Positions 25,309 to 36,700 of a DNA stretch of 57,827 nt are shown here, piece after piece. The number at the start of each line of letters is the position of its first letter. Within the stretch, counting starts at the first letter, position 1. Location: NCBI GenBank assembly GCA_024704765.1, contig JAKMXF010000010.1, forward strand, positions 1-57,827, given 5' to 3'. The notes below the pieces were generated by a model. The model saw only the letters and a program-made list of their open reading frames with translations. It did not search any database and was not told the DNA's origin. Position numbers and translations under genes: made by a program. The stretch is from Oopsacas minuta (taxonomy: Eukaryota > Animalia > Porifera).

Positions 25309-26009
25309 TACCTGGAAATTGTTTGTTTGTTTGTTTGTTTGTTTGATTCAAAATTATATGAATTTTATCTTACTAATTACCAAAAATTATTTTAATTATG
25401 ATTGGACTTTAGTAAATCAGTTTAGTTAATTCAACCTAAGCTTTTGGTAATTATAATTCCATTAATATTACGTCATACTTATTTAATTCTTATTTAATTA
25501 TTTTGATGAGTAATAATTACTTTTGACACTTTGACTCGAATTGACTTATAACAATCAGATTCTAAATATTCCAAATTTTGGCAATCAAATACGTACGAAT
25601 AAACATTTACCAAACAAACAAACAAATATACACTATTCAATATATTCAAAATCTAGCTGTGAAACACGTACGAACAAGTGACCGACGAATATACATACAA
25701 AAAACATGTGAACAAACCTATGTATATATGATTATATATATATTTGGCTTAAAAAATAGTGTTGTGACGTCATATACGAATAATATATTTCAGGCCTTAC
25801 ATTAATTACTATAACATTTATTAATAAACATTCAGGGACACAGGGTTAAGTTAATAGCACCCCACAGGATCAATTGAATGTCTCATAGTGACTATTAGTA
25901 AGTTGAGAATTTTCTGTGTGATCTCCCTTGAGTGATTATTGCAGGAATAATTGAATTGTACTAAGCAACATTATTTTGAGGAAAAACTTGATTGACCAAT
26001 TCATCTATA

Positions 26010-26590
26010 TTATTGAATATCAATTGTTGTCTGTTGTTTGTTTGTTTGTCCTTTGATATGTAAATATATTGTTGTTTTATGAATATGAAGGTAAACAAAT
26101 TAGCAAGATCCAAAATTTACGTAGATACTTGCTCTCAACGGCTACGAAGGGGGTTGATATTACAAAATAATTCAATATTATATATGCCATATACGTACAC
26201 TGCCTGGCCAAAAGTATTGGAACACTGTTTACAACTTGTGCACAAGTGGCATTAGATGAGAATATGTTGAAAGATTCTATGGATATTGCAGAAAGTAGAA
26301 CAATAGCTTGTTATCATTCGTTTTACGATATATTTATGTTCAACATATTTTGTAATCATCTTTAGCTTATACAACTATGGTGGCATACCTTTGTTTCAGG
26401 TATTAATTGTGGCAGGGTGTCCCAATACTTTTGGCCAGGCAGTGTATATTTGTGAATTACATTGTTCTAAATATATTTATATTATAATACTCAATGAGAC
26501 CGTCAATTTGGAGAATAATGGATACCTCGAGGGGCAATGCGACGAGTTCATCGGGAAGCGACGAGCCAAAGGCTCGTGTACGAATTAAAA
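26010..26590 (+). mobile_element. Helitron/Helentron-like repeat copy carrying a nested Tc1 MITE
   Basis: Family sequence; the uninterrupted site atacgtatatttgtg is present in the copy at about 46985. Confidence 0.55.
26198..26444. mobile_element. Tc1-like MITE
   Basis: TIRs cactgcctggccaaaagtattggaacac / gtgtcccaatacttttggccaggcagtg; TA TSD supported by the empty-site paralog. Confidence 0.92.
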
Positions 26591-26933
26591 TGGATTGGTT
26601 TGTATGGGAGAGGTGATAAAAAATGACAGATCTTTTGATGCACTAATCCGATCTCTTAAATAATTCGACAAACAAAATACAAACTATTAATGCTTATACT
26701 TGTAACTATTTATATGTGTTTATGTTTCTTTTTAGACGAAGAAGCTATTCGTAGGTGGAATTTCATCTGACACGAGTGAAGATGAAGTATACTATTATTT
26801 CAAAGATTTTGGGAATGTAAGTAATAATCTGTTTAGTTTTATGACGTAATCTATTATACACATCTTCTAATATATCAACGAATTTGGAAATTAATATCCT
26901 CAAGACGAAAATATGCATCGTGTAACTCTAGTA

Positions 26934-27093
26934 TAGTGTAACTTCCACAAACGCCTGTAGTAACGGGGAACTTCTGGATATGGAGTGAGAAAATATACTG
27001 AATTCCTATTCCTATAGTTAGTAATGAATCTCCACAAACGAATCTCCAAATTTTTCGGCGTATCTGCCTCCCCCTTTTATGGAAGTTACACTG
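26934..27093. mobile_element. Tc1/mariner-type MITE (160 bp)
   Basis: TIRs tagtgtaacttcca / tggaagttacactg, TA TSD. Confidence 0.8.
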
Positions 27094-27576
27094 TATATCT
27101 ATTCCCGAATGGTCAGTCAGTTGGTATTTTCTTGCCCCGATTATTTAAATGTTGAGTTCTATTTTTATCAGTTTATCCCTCATTTTCATGGAATGACATT
27201 AAAGGAATGACCTATTTCGATGGTTTACGAATTTCATACCCCCATCTACTGAAAATATTTATTATTAATTTGATTATATTACACAGATAGTAGAGGCTAT
27301 GCTTATCTTCGACAAGTCAACGAACAAGCACAAAGGTATGTCACACTCAATGTATATTTATGTATGTATTCACCACGATAGCTGCTAACCAATGACAGTA
27401 GTATACTCGGATAAGAAGTATATTCGCTTGATATTTAATTCTTCTTTTAAACAACAATCACTTTCTGTACATTTTGATACTTTCACTATTCGGATTAGAC
27501 GTACGCTTAGATAGTGTGTATTCGTATTATCCGAGTTCTAGTGTATCCGATAATTATAGAATTGCTAGCAGATTAT

Positions 27577-27669
27577 CAGAGGCGGCGCGAGGGTGAGGCT
27601 CGTGCCCACCTAATTTATGTAAGTATGACACCGTTTAATAACCCGAGCCCACCAGTAGCGCCGCCACTG
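27577..27669. mobile_element. hAT-type MITE (93 bp) in a Musashi intron
   Basis: TIRs cagaggcggcgc / gcgccgccactg; direct repeat gcagattat at 27568-27576 and 27670-27678. Confidence 0.85.
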
Positions 27670-28795
27670 GCAGATTATATAACAAAATTTGTTAACCAAA
27701 AATCCATATTTCGAATAATGATACCTCAGGGAAATAACTCTACATTCTACAAAATCACAAAATGATTTTTACAATCAAGTAACACATAACCATATATGGT
27801 AATGTTTCACTTCTGGCATTTCTAGGATTTGGATTTGTGACGTATGACAAGTATGACACAGTAGATGAGATTTGTTATCAACAGTTTCACTTCATTAATG
27901 GCAAGAAGGTTAGTTTGTTTACATTTACTTATAGTCAATTCCTGTTCAATCGAACAAGCAAAAATTGAATACCCGCTTATATTGAAGTGTTGATTTGTAC
28001 AAATATGACTCAAACCGTAAATGTAACATAGATTACTTCGGTTATATCTAAGTAATTATCGCGGTCCCATGAGCTTCGATATAATGGGAGTTGACTGTAT
28101 ATGTCTGTTTGTATATTATACGTTACGCAAGTAATTTCATTACTCACTATAAATATCATTTTCATAACGCTGAATAGATAAGATGAGCTATTCTAAGTTT
28201 AAAATTATTAAATTACATATCAAACCGGTTAGACAGCAATTATAATCTATAATTACTGAATTAGTAAAACGTTCAATTTGACATTATTGTTATTGATATT
28301 GTGTTAATATTGTGTATACATTTATGAAATATATTTAGCGCGATAGCTTTGTTAGACTGTCTTTCATCACAACAACTTCGTTAATTTCTCCAAATCTCGA
28401 ACGGTGAATTCATCTAAATATATCAAAGAATAAATATATTACCTGTATTAGAATATATTCAGAAAATTACAATATTAATTATGTAATTTTTCCATAAGTT
28501 GACAGTTAGAGCTTTGATATTCTTAGAAAGTGATTTCTCGTAGTGGTAACCAGGCTATTCCTGGAAGTAATTTGTTGAGAAGGGGTTTTGGGATACAAAT
28601 TTGTATTAGCTTCTAAGGGAATTAACAAGCGGTTTATAATTAGATAGCTCTAAATCAGGGGGTGCCCAACTCGTTATAATTGTGGGCCACATTGGCTTCC
28701 TCAATAGCTTGGTGGGTCATATGGACCAATTTATAAATCTCAGATGTATTTTGAGAAAATTTGTTGGAATATCCAAATTTATACCCCTCGATATA

Positions 28796-29087
28796 AACAT
28801 TAGTCTCATTACTTATTAAACAACCCTTGTAGATGTAGAGATTGTTAAGATGATGAAAGATAAGATGAGTTAAAAGCCAAGGCTCCTCCAAAGGGTACTG
28901 ATGCTCCAGACATGTCCTATACAGAGAAATTGGCAATATTGCGTTAGGTGTATTCGTTTTGGGGGTATCAGCATGTACTGGGAATTCTAAATTAATGTCA
29001 GATTATTTGCGTCCAGCTCCTCAAACTCCGAGGAAAATTGGTGATGAAGAATTCAAAGAATACATCGAGCACTCCAATAATGATTAA
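28796..29087 (+). pseudogene. Mariner-3 TIR followed by a frameshifted C-terminal part of the AIG1/GIMAP-like gene
   Basis: cattagtctcattacttattaaacaacccttg|ta is identical to the junction at 57290-57324; what follows is homologous to 52020-52282 with a 4-bp deletion. Confidence 0.8.
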
Positions 29088-29126
29088 TTGTTTTTATCTT
29101 TGTAAATTTACTTTTATTAGATTTTT

Positions 29127-30851
29127 TTGCCAAATATGTACACCCCTACATACTACCCTCCTGTACACTACTGTACAACTCCTCACTGTATTACTCCACA
29201 ACCATTCCCTCTCTTCTGTCACTCCCTCCCTATTGCTCCTTACCACCAGACAGCTCCTCCTCCTCCTCCTGTCCCTCTCAGCTACCCTACGCCTACTCCT
29301 TACCACCAGACAGCTCCTCCTCCTCCTGTCCCTCTCAGCTACCCTTCACCTACTCCTTACCACCAGACAGCTCCTCATCCTCCTCCTGTCCCTCTCAGCT
29401 ACCCTACTCCTACTCCTTACCACCAGACAGCTCCTCATCCTCCTCCTGTCCCTCTCAGCTACCCTACACCTACTCCTTACCACCAGACAGCTCCTCCTGC
29501 TCCTCCTGTCCCTCTCAGCTACCCTACACCTACTCCTTACCACCAGACAGCTCCTCATCCTCCTCCTGTCCCTCTCAGCTACCCTACTCCTACTCCTTAC
29601 CACCAGACAGCTCCTCATCCTCCTCCTGTCCCTCTCAGCTACCCTACACCTACTCCTCCTGCCTTCTATCCCTCTTCAGTTCATTGTAATATGTACCAGA
29701 GCTTACCTATTCCTTGTCCTTGTCCTGGTCCTGGTCCTGGTCCTGGCCCTGCTATACACCCGGTTAACCAGTGGATACAGCAGCCTTATGTGCCTAAGAC
29801 TGCTAGCTGTACTCAGACTGATCTGACTTTCTCAGATAATCCTCTATCCTCTCAACACCGTCTGTCCTCAGCTCGTGACAATCCTTCCAGACGGGAGCTT
29901 TCTCCTATACCGTCTTACAGACAGCAGCAACAAGAAGATAATGTAGAGGTAGACTGCTCCTTGTTGCTACCTGCTGCTCCTGGAAGGAGATCTGCTCCTT
30001 TTACTAGTACCAATTCACAGAAGAGGTTTTCCCCAGGTCTTGAGTCTCCTTCATTCGATCAAGTGAGGGAAGAGATATACTCAGAGGTAGCCTCTCTGAT
30101 ATCAGAGAATGAAACACGTCTCTACCACATGCTGAAGTTTCTTCGTGCAGTTCGATCACTCAACACTGATTATCTGGTACAATGTGGTCTAAGTTCTCTG
30201 AATCATGTGATCAATAATTTTCAGAATCCTGATGTGATCGACTTTGAGGCATTACGAACAGCTATTTCTGATGAAGATGACATCTCAGAGGTCACTGCCT
30301 ATCCAAGTGAGGGTGACTTTGAGGAGGGTGTTGTGTCTGCCTGGCAACAACAAGTATATACCCTTGTAAGTCTTCTGATTCGTTTCTTGCGAAAGCATCT
30401 GGATGAATGTTGTGAGGCCGAACTGCTGCAATTGATTTATCGACATATAGAGGATCTGCTGTCAGAATTGTTCCCTGAGGAGATAGCGTTACGTCTCTGG
30501 AGAGTAGTAGATCTAGATGTGCAGGCTATTCTTTCTCGTTACGCGACTGAGAAGCTGAGGGATTGTATAGAAGACTTGTTGGTAGAATTGAGTGGCCTAT
30601 TCTCCTTACAGGATGTTATGTACATCGCTCTCTCTAACTCCTTGCAGCAACAACAACAACAACAACAACAACAACAACTTTCTTATGAGAGTGAGGATGG
30701 AGAAGGTTGTGAACGAGACATAAGAGATCAGGCTAGAGATGACGCACTCGCCTCTGTCACACAGAACACCCCCCCTCAGGTTGCGACTGAGGCTGAGAAT
30801 GTGACAGATAAGTCGTCAAAAAGTATCGCGATCGTGATCGAGCGATCCTAA
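29127..30851 (+). CDS. PCM1: PCM1 C-terminal-domain protein, copy B (574 aa) with Pro-rich repeats and polyQ
   Basis: VREEIYSEVASLISENETRLYHMLKFLRAVRSLNTDYL and FLRKHLDECC..KLRDCIEDLLVELSGL resemble recalled PCM1 C-terminal blocks; paralog of 3994-5757. Confidence 0.82.
   Translation: MPNMYTPTYYPPVHYCTTPHCITPQPFPLFCHSLPIAPYHQTAPPPPPVPLSYPTPTPYHQTAPPPPVPLSYPSPTPYHQTAPHPPPVPLSYPTPTPYHQTAPHPPPVPLSYPTPTPYHQTAPPAPPVPLSYPTPTPYHQTAPHPPPVPLSYPTPTPYHQTAPHPPPVPLSYPTPTPPAFYPSSVHCNMYQSLPIPCPCPGPGPGPGPAIHPVNQWIQQPYVPKTASCTQTDLTFSDNPLSSQHRLSSARDNPSRRELSPIPSYRQQQQEDNVEVDCSLLLPAAPGRRSAPFTSTNSQKRFSPGLESPSFDQVREEIYSEVASLISENETRLYHMLKFLRAVRSLNTDYLVQCGLSSLNHVINNFQNPDVIDFEALRTAISDEDDISEVTAYPSEGDFEEGVVSAWQQQVYTLVSLLIRFLRKHLDECCEAELLQLIYRHIEDLLSELFPEEIALRLWRVVDLDVQAILSRYATEKLRDCIEDLLVELSGLFSLQDVMYIALSNSLQQQQQQQQQQQLSYESEDGEGCERDIRDQARDDALASVTQNTPPQVATEAENVTDKSSKSIAIVIERS
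29230..29660 (+). repeat. In-frame 60-bp coding tandem repeat (about 7 x PYHQTAPHPPPVPLSYPTPT)
   Basis: Seen directly; copy A has a single unit. Confidence 0.93.
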
Positions 30852-30989
30852 TGCCCTACATGTAATCTTATTTACTTATATTGTTGTTTACTTTCGGACT
30901 ATGGCACCTTTAGTCCTTCATTTAGATCATTACCTCTCTTTTTTTGGTTTCTAAATGTGTCTCCTTATTTAGGGCTAGGATTCCTAATA

Positions 30990-31337
30990 ATGGCTCCTAA
31001 TCTGTGGGCGGATAAATACAATATCAAGGGACACTGGGGCTATACCACATCTACTCTAGACTGGTGTGAGGAGAACTATATCGTGTTATTTTATGTCGCA
31101 GAGTTCTGGAATACAATTAGCAATGTTTTATTAGTTATTCTTCCGTTATGTTTAATATATTCATAGTATATACAGAAATTTGCCTTTATTCACATTCTGG
31201 CTGTATTCTCAGTATTTACTGTTGGAATAGGTTCTGTTCTCTTTCATGGCACTCTCCTCTATCATATGCAAATGATGGAACATGGTTACATGTGTATTTA
31301 TTTACAATATTTTCGAATAGAGCAATATAATAAATAA
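30990..31337 (+). pseudogene. ACER3: Alkaline ceramidase 3 N-terminal pseudogene fragment
   Basis: [32 protein letters not shown], in-frame TAG at 31164-31166, then VGIGSVLFHGTLLYHMQM; the conserved DELPM is missing. Confidence 0.88.
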
Positions 31338-31449
31338 GTATGTTCTATATATATTGATAACAAACTTGATGCTATACAAACAAACAGCAATTTCCAAATT
31401 TTTATTTATTCACAATTAAGGTAGTATACGTATACTCATGACTTATAGT

Positions 31450-31720
31450 GGTGTGAATAGAAGCACCTCTGATCTCACGGCAGAAGACAATTACTATGGA
31501 GAGGGACAGGAGGCATATCAATCTGAGCTGAGACAGAGTAGCATATCACCTGAGGTATCTGAATTTCTTTACAACACAAGAGGAAGTACAAGATAAACAG
31601 AGGAAAGGAGAGCTATCTCGTCTCTATGATAACTACTTCTACCTATCTGATAAGTACTATCAGTTGTATCGCTGGCCGACAGTGGAGGAGGTGAGCAGAC
31701 ACGTGAACATAGACGCCAGA
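31450..31720 (+). pseudogene. EIF3L: eIF3 subunit L N-terminal fragment, frameshifted and cut by the hAT element
   Basis: ISPEVSEFL / (shift near 31570) ELSRLYDNYFYLSDKYYQLYRWPTVEEVSRHVNIDA resembles recalled eIF3L IPEVIKNFI..EIQDIYENSWTKLTERFFKNTPWPEAEAIAPQVGNDA. Confidence 0.65.
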
Positions 31721-33730
31721 ACTAGCAGTTTTGCTACTTTCCACAAATTGGGAAATTTATTTCGTCCTGCGATTGCAATCCAAAATCTTTCATACCCCAT
31801 CATTGTAAAATGAGCTTTTTCCTCGCAATCACTTTGCAAGTCCATCAACTCTTCCTGCAAATAGAGTGGAACTGTTGGGGCAGCCACACAGAAAGGGTCA
31901 ATTAGCCAATGAGGCGGTTCAAGTTCCAACAAGTCAGTGAATCGCTTGATCATATCCGCTTTCAGTACTTCAAGATGTTCACAATATGCTAGCAAATCGT
32001 CATCTGAAATTTGGAGTCCTGCTAGGTGAGGGAACTGGTAAAATTCTCGTCGAGCGATATTTTGTTTAAATAACGTTAGTTTCCCTATGAAGGAGCTGAC
32101 AACAGTTTTACACTTGACCAGAGTGACTAAATTGCCTTGTAGTTGCAAGTTGATTGCGTTGAACTTATCAAAAATGTCAGTCAAGTAAGCTACATCTGAT
32201 TTGGCTGCACTGACAAGCTGCATTAACTGCGGGTTCTCTTCCTCTAAAAATTCTAAAATCGTGTCGAAAAGACTGTAGAACCGACTGAGACACTTTCCTT
32301 TTGAGAGCCACCTCACTTTTGTGTGCAAAAGCAGACGTTCAAATTCAGTTTCGTTTTCGTGACATATTTGGCGAAATATTCTTTCCTTGACTGCGGAAGC
32401 TTTGATTTTATTAATAACAGTAATGACGATATGCAATGAGTTGTGCAAGCGACCACTTAGATGTTTTGCTACCAAATGTTCTCGATGGACGACGCAGTGA
32501 ATAGCGAAAACCTCAGGCACAGCATTTTTCCAGTACGAAATGAAACCACGATGCCTACCAACCATAGCTGGCGCCCCATCTGTTGCACAAGCAATGATAT
32601 TATTCATGGGAATTTCCTTTTCCTGAAAGAAATTTTCCACCACTTTGTAGATAGATTCACCTTTTGTATCAGTTACTAGTGGTCTAGCAAACAACATTTC
32701 TTCAACCATTATTCCTTCGAGAATATATCGGACATATGCAAGGAGCAGTGCTTCGTTACCTGGCAATGTGGATTCGTCAATTTGAAGAGAAAATTCCGTT
32801 GTTTTAAGTATAGTGTATAGTGTTTTCTCAACATCACTAGCCATCAAATTTATTCTCCTAGCCACAGTATCATTGCTTAACGGAATGGACTTAATCACAC
32901 TTCGCCCATCTGAATGCATAACAGTTGTAACTGCTTCCTGGATTGCAGGTAAAATGAGGTTTTCACCCATTGTATGTGGCTTACCAGATTTTGCGATTAG
33001 TAACGAAATGTTATAGGAGACAACCAAACCATCAATGTTTTGTCTATCTATTTTTCCAAATATTCCGCCCATTGTTTTTCGGCTGTCTCTCATTTTAATG
33101 AAGAATTGCACATCTTTCTCTACCTTATCACTGTGGCGCGATTTCAGATGATCAATCATTCTTGCCGGCTTCATTCCCTCATTAGAAAATACTTGTTCGC
33201 ACAACAAACACATTGGGAGTTGTTGATTGGAAGGAGATTTAACAAATCCGTATTTGATATAATCAGCACTATACTGTCTACACTTCTTTTTACTATTCAT
33301 TTCTTCGATCGAGTTTATCAATTCCTTTCGGTTTAGATTTCTACGTATGTATTTATATTGAAATTAAACAGATTACTAACTATTACGAAGTTTACATTTG
33401 TTTGAAGAACAATGATAATTATATTTCGATTAGGGAAGCCATAGACATTATAACAAAAGAATTCTTCATTAATTTTTAAGGATTAGCTGTTGTTAATAAT
33501 CACCAAGAGTATTACCACTGTAAAGGGCTTTGATAATTGAAGTATTTGCTAGCACCTATTGTTAATGAATAATGGGGAATATGATACCACTTTTTTTGAC
33601 CTGAGGTCGTATCTCTGTTTCGCTTTCTATAACCCACAGCGCCCCCCCAGCGCCCCCTTGCTGCGTGGCCGCCCCCTACAACCCTTCAGCGCCCCCCAGG
33701 GGGCTCTAGGGCCCACTTTGAGAAACACTG
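31721..33730 (-). mobile_element. hAT (Buster/Charlie-type) transposon, 5' end intact, 3' end truncated
   Basis: ORF 33321-31660 with BED finger (CLLC..H..H), FSLQIDES, CATDGAPAM, HCVVHREHL, RWLSKG; TIR cagtgtttctcaaagtggg at 33730; adjacent 8-mer atgtagac fits the nnnTAnnn target; catalytic E region absent. Confidence 0.93.
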
Positions 33731-36700
33731 ATGTAGACTATTAGAAAGAAGTTTCTTCAACAGTTGTACTCGAGGTAATGCAATAGCACCAGATTTTCGT
33801 AGCATTCTATACGCAGCTGGTGAAATGTTATGAAGTTCAGCAGCAAGAACATAAAGATTTGTATCAAAACGACGGGCTTTTGGTGCAGTAAGTAACAACC
33901 AGAGCTGAGCATACAAAAATTGATAATGGGGAAGTTCAGAGCAACACATACGACCCAATTCCTCAAGGGCACTTTTCACTTAGTCTGTGTCTTTGAATTC
34001 GTACTCTGGAATACTCGTTAAAATGCTATTGAATTGTGACCATTTGCTGATGAGGCTATTCTTCTGTAGGAAACCAGATTTGGAAAAATACGATTTGGGT
34101 ATTTCCTTTCCATTTTTCTCAACACATTTAAGGAATCAAAATCCAAATGGTGATTTCACAAGTTGTAAATGTAGAAACTGGACGACTGAACGTCCTTGTG
34201 CGTCAGTTTTGGACATGTAAACATCATCACCATCATGAATAATAAGATGATTTTGGAGAGAGGCTGTTGGATGACTGTACAAACAGAATCAAAGTCACCA
34301 AATGATCAAGAGCGTTAGTTCTAAGGTCTTCATTTCTGGCACGTACTTCTGCCGAAGAACTTGCTTTAAACAGGACTTTGGGACACCAGGGAAAATGGAT
34401 GGAGGTTGGCTAGGTCGTTTACCACCTTTAACTGTGACCCATTCACAGTCAAAATGATGGTAACAAGCATATATTTGGCTGAGTTGTAACAGACTGGAGC
34501 GTTCATTTGGCATAGCATCAATCCAACCATCTCGCTCATCTTCATCACTTGGAAATTGTACTACTTTTGTGTATGGTTCACACCTGTAATTTCCACGACA
34601 TCCAAGTACGTTACGCTTCTCAGGCATTATAAAGTAAATACCAACACCACCTTTCAAATGCAGTTGTAAATTGGATGATTCCCAGCACCAGAAATGCTAG
34701 TAAAGCTACAATACAAACCTGAAAAAAAAACATAATACAGCGGCATGAGCTACGGACAGCCTCAGGTGACGCCAGGTGACGCCAGGAGCGGCGATAAAGC
34801 GAAAGCTTTCCATGACCTGTCATGTTTATTACGCAATGACGTCGTTGCGTCATGATACAGTGGGACCCAAGTTCAGTAATCTGAGATTGCCAGATACTAG
34901 TCCTTCTATTTATGGAGTCTATGCCCTGTATGTAAAATGTATTGGGTTAATTCAAAATGAAAAAATGAAAAATATTAACTCATCATCGCTAGTACTGTAG
35001 GGTAGTCCTCCTACAAACATTTTCGATCGGTCATTTATAAGTGGTTTCGATTTGTACAAACCATAGAATTATCACTTAATTCATATCCAAGTTCTAAAGA
35101 AGTACATAACATATCTATGCAGAAATCGTTTCCACTTATGAACGGTATCGTGGGGGCCTGAAGGAATGTGAAACACTGCAACACCACTAATGTACCACTG
35201 GATACTAGCATGATCATACTGATGTTGCAGTGTTTCACATTCCTTCAGGCCCCCATGATACCGTTCATAAGTGGAAACGATTTCTGCATAGATATGTTAT
35301 GTACTTCTTTAGAACTTGGATATGAATTAAGTGATAATTCTACGATTGAGGATTAATTTATCATTACGTAATTATGAATTATATTATAGATCTTCACACA
35401 ATGAAAACACTTTGGTTTCTGCTAAGCACTTTGATTCTGATGATATAGTTGACACGCAAACTCATCTTAAAATTGATGGTCAAACGAAGATACGATCAAT
35501 AAAGGCTACATTGAAGAAATGTCCAATTCCTAAATATCTTCCTGGTTACCCTGATCGTCTTAAAGATCACGCTATTAAATATCCAAGGCTTGATAGAGAC
35601 AATTAGATCGTGATTACAGATCCAAGTATGTCAAGTTGTGTCAAATATTCGACTTGTAGTATTATATGTTTTATGGTATTGTACTATATAGGCAACTAAA
35701 CAGTGCGTTGATGGATATGAAGAAGAGCAGAGGAAATTCTTCGTCTCTAGTTGATGTATTTGAAGAAGAGCAGAGGAAATTCATCGTCTCTAGTTGATGT
35801 ATTTGAAGAAGAGCAGAGGAAATTCATCGTCTCTAGTTGATGTATTTGAGGAAGAGCAGAGGAAATTCTTCGTCTCTAGTTGATATATTTGAGGAAGAGC
35901 AGAGGAAATTCTTCGTCTCTAGTTGATGTATTTGAAGAAGAGCAGAGGAAATTCATCGTCTATAGTTTCGATGACATAAACACTAAATAATGTGACGTGG
36001 AGATCCCCCAAGAATGAGAAGTTTGGAATATGGTTGATGTAATTAGCATCGTCCATCTGACAACAAAGAGTTATTTTCTGTACAAGATAGTTTCAAGCAT
36101 TGCTCTACCAAAACTTGTAGAATATATGACTGGAGAATGCGGATTCTCTTATGTATTATCATCTTTTATACATAATACTCCATTTGAACACCATTTTGGA
36201 GTACTTACACAGATGTCAGGGTCAAACTATGATTTTTCTGTATGCCAAGTACTAGAAAGTAAAAGGGGTACTAAACTGGCCGAATATACTCAATTTCTAT
36301 CATAGGAAAAATTGTGATCGTAAAGATAGAGGCTTCTTTACAGAATTTATCAGTACATTTCCAATCAACAAGAATCTGGGTGGGGAGAGCCTACTATAAC
36401 AGACTGGTAGAACTCCCTCAGAGACCTATGTGTTGAAGAATTTTTAGTCAATCCTCAACCAATTGGAGGGCCTGGGCATATTGTAGAAATAGATGAATCA
36501 AAGTTTGGACATCGAAAGTATTAAAGAGGTCGTATGCTATCAGGTCAATGTGTATTTGGAGGGATAGATAGAGAAACATAGGATACCTTTATGATACATG
36601 TTCAAGACAGGTTGGCTGCAACATCAATCCCTCTCATCCAGAGATATATTCTTCCGGGCACTACCATACTTTCTGACGAATGGGCTTCGTATAATTCTAT

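Larger units (their letters stand above)
19895..27908 (+). pseudogene. MSI: Musashi-like two-RRM gene; one RRM1 exon and the 3' exons not found
   Basis: GT-AG exons 19895-20027 (..IIFVGGLLYSTSD), 21464-21557 (RGFGFVTF), 22220-22264 (IDPKRAIP), 26736-26816 (TKKLFVGGIS), 27287-27335 (EAMLIFDKSTNKHK), 27826-27908 (GFGFVTY..FHFINGKK); the last five are phase-compatible and resemble the recalled Musashi exon layout. Confidence 0.85.

Noticed and set aside
28796-28831. Mariner-driven mobilisation of the GIMAP-PCM1 block
   Set aside because: The duplicated DNA lies outside the TIR and the break is inside the element, which does not fit transposase cleavage geometry
29038-29826. Leu-rich 262-aa ORF and Arg-rich antisense ORFs (also 5382-5708)
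   Set aside because: Alternative-frame shadows of the Pro-rich PCM1-like ORFs
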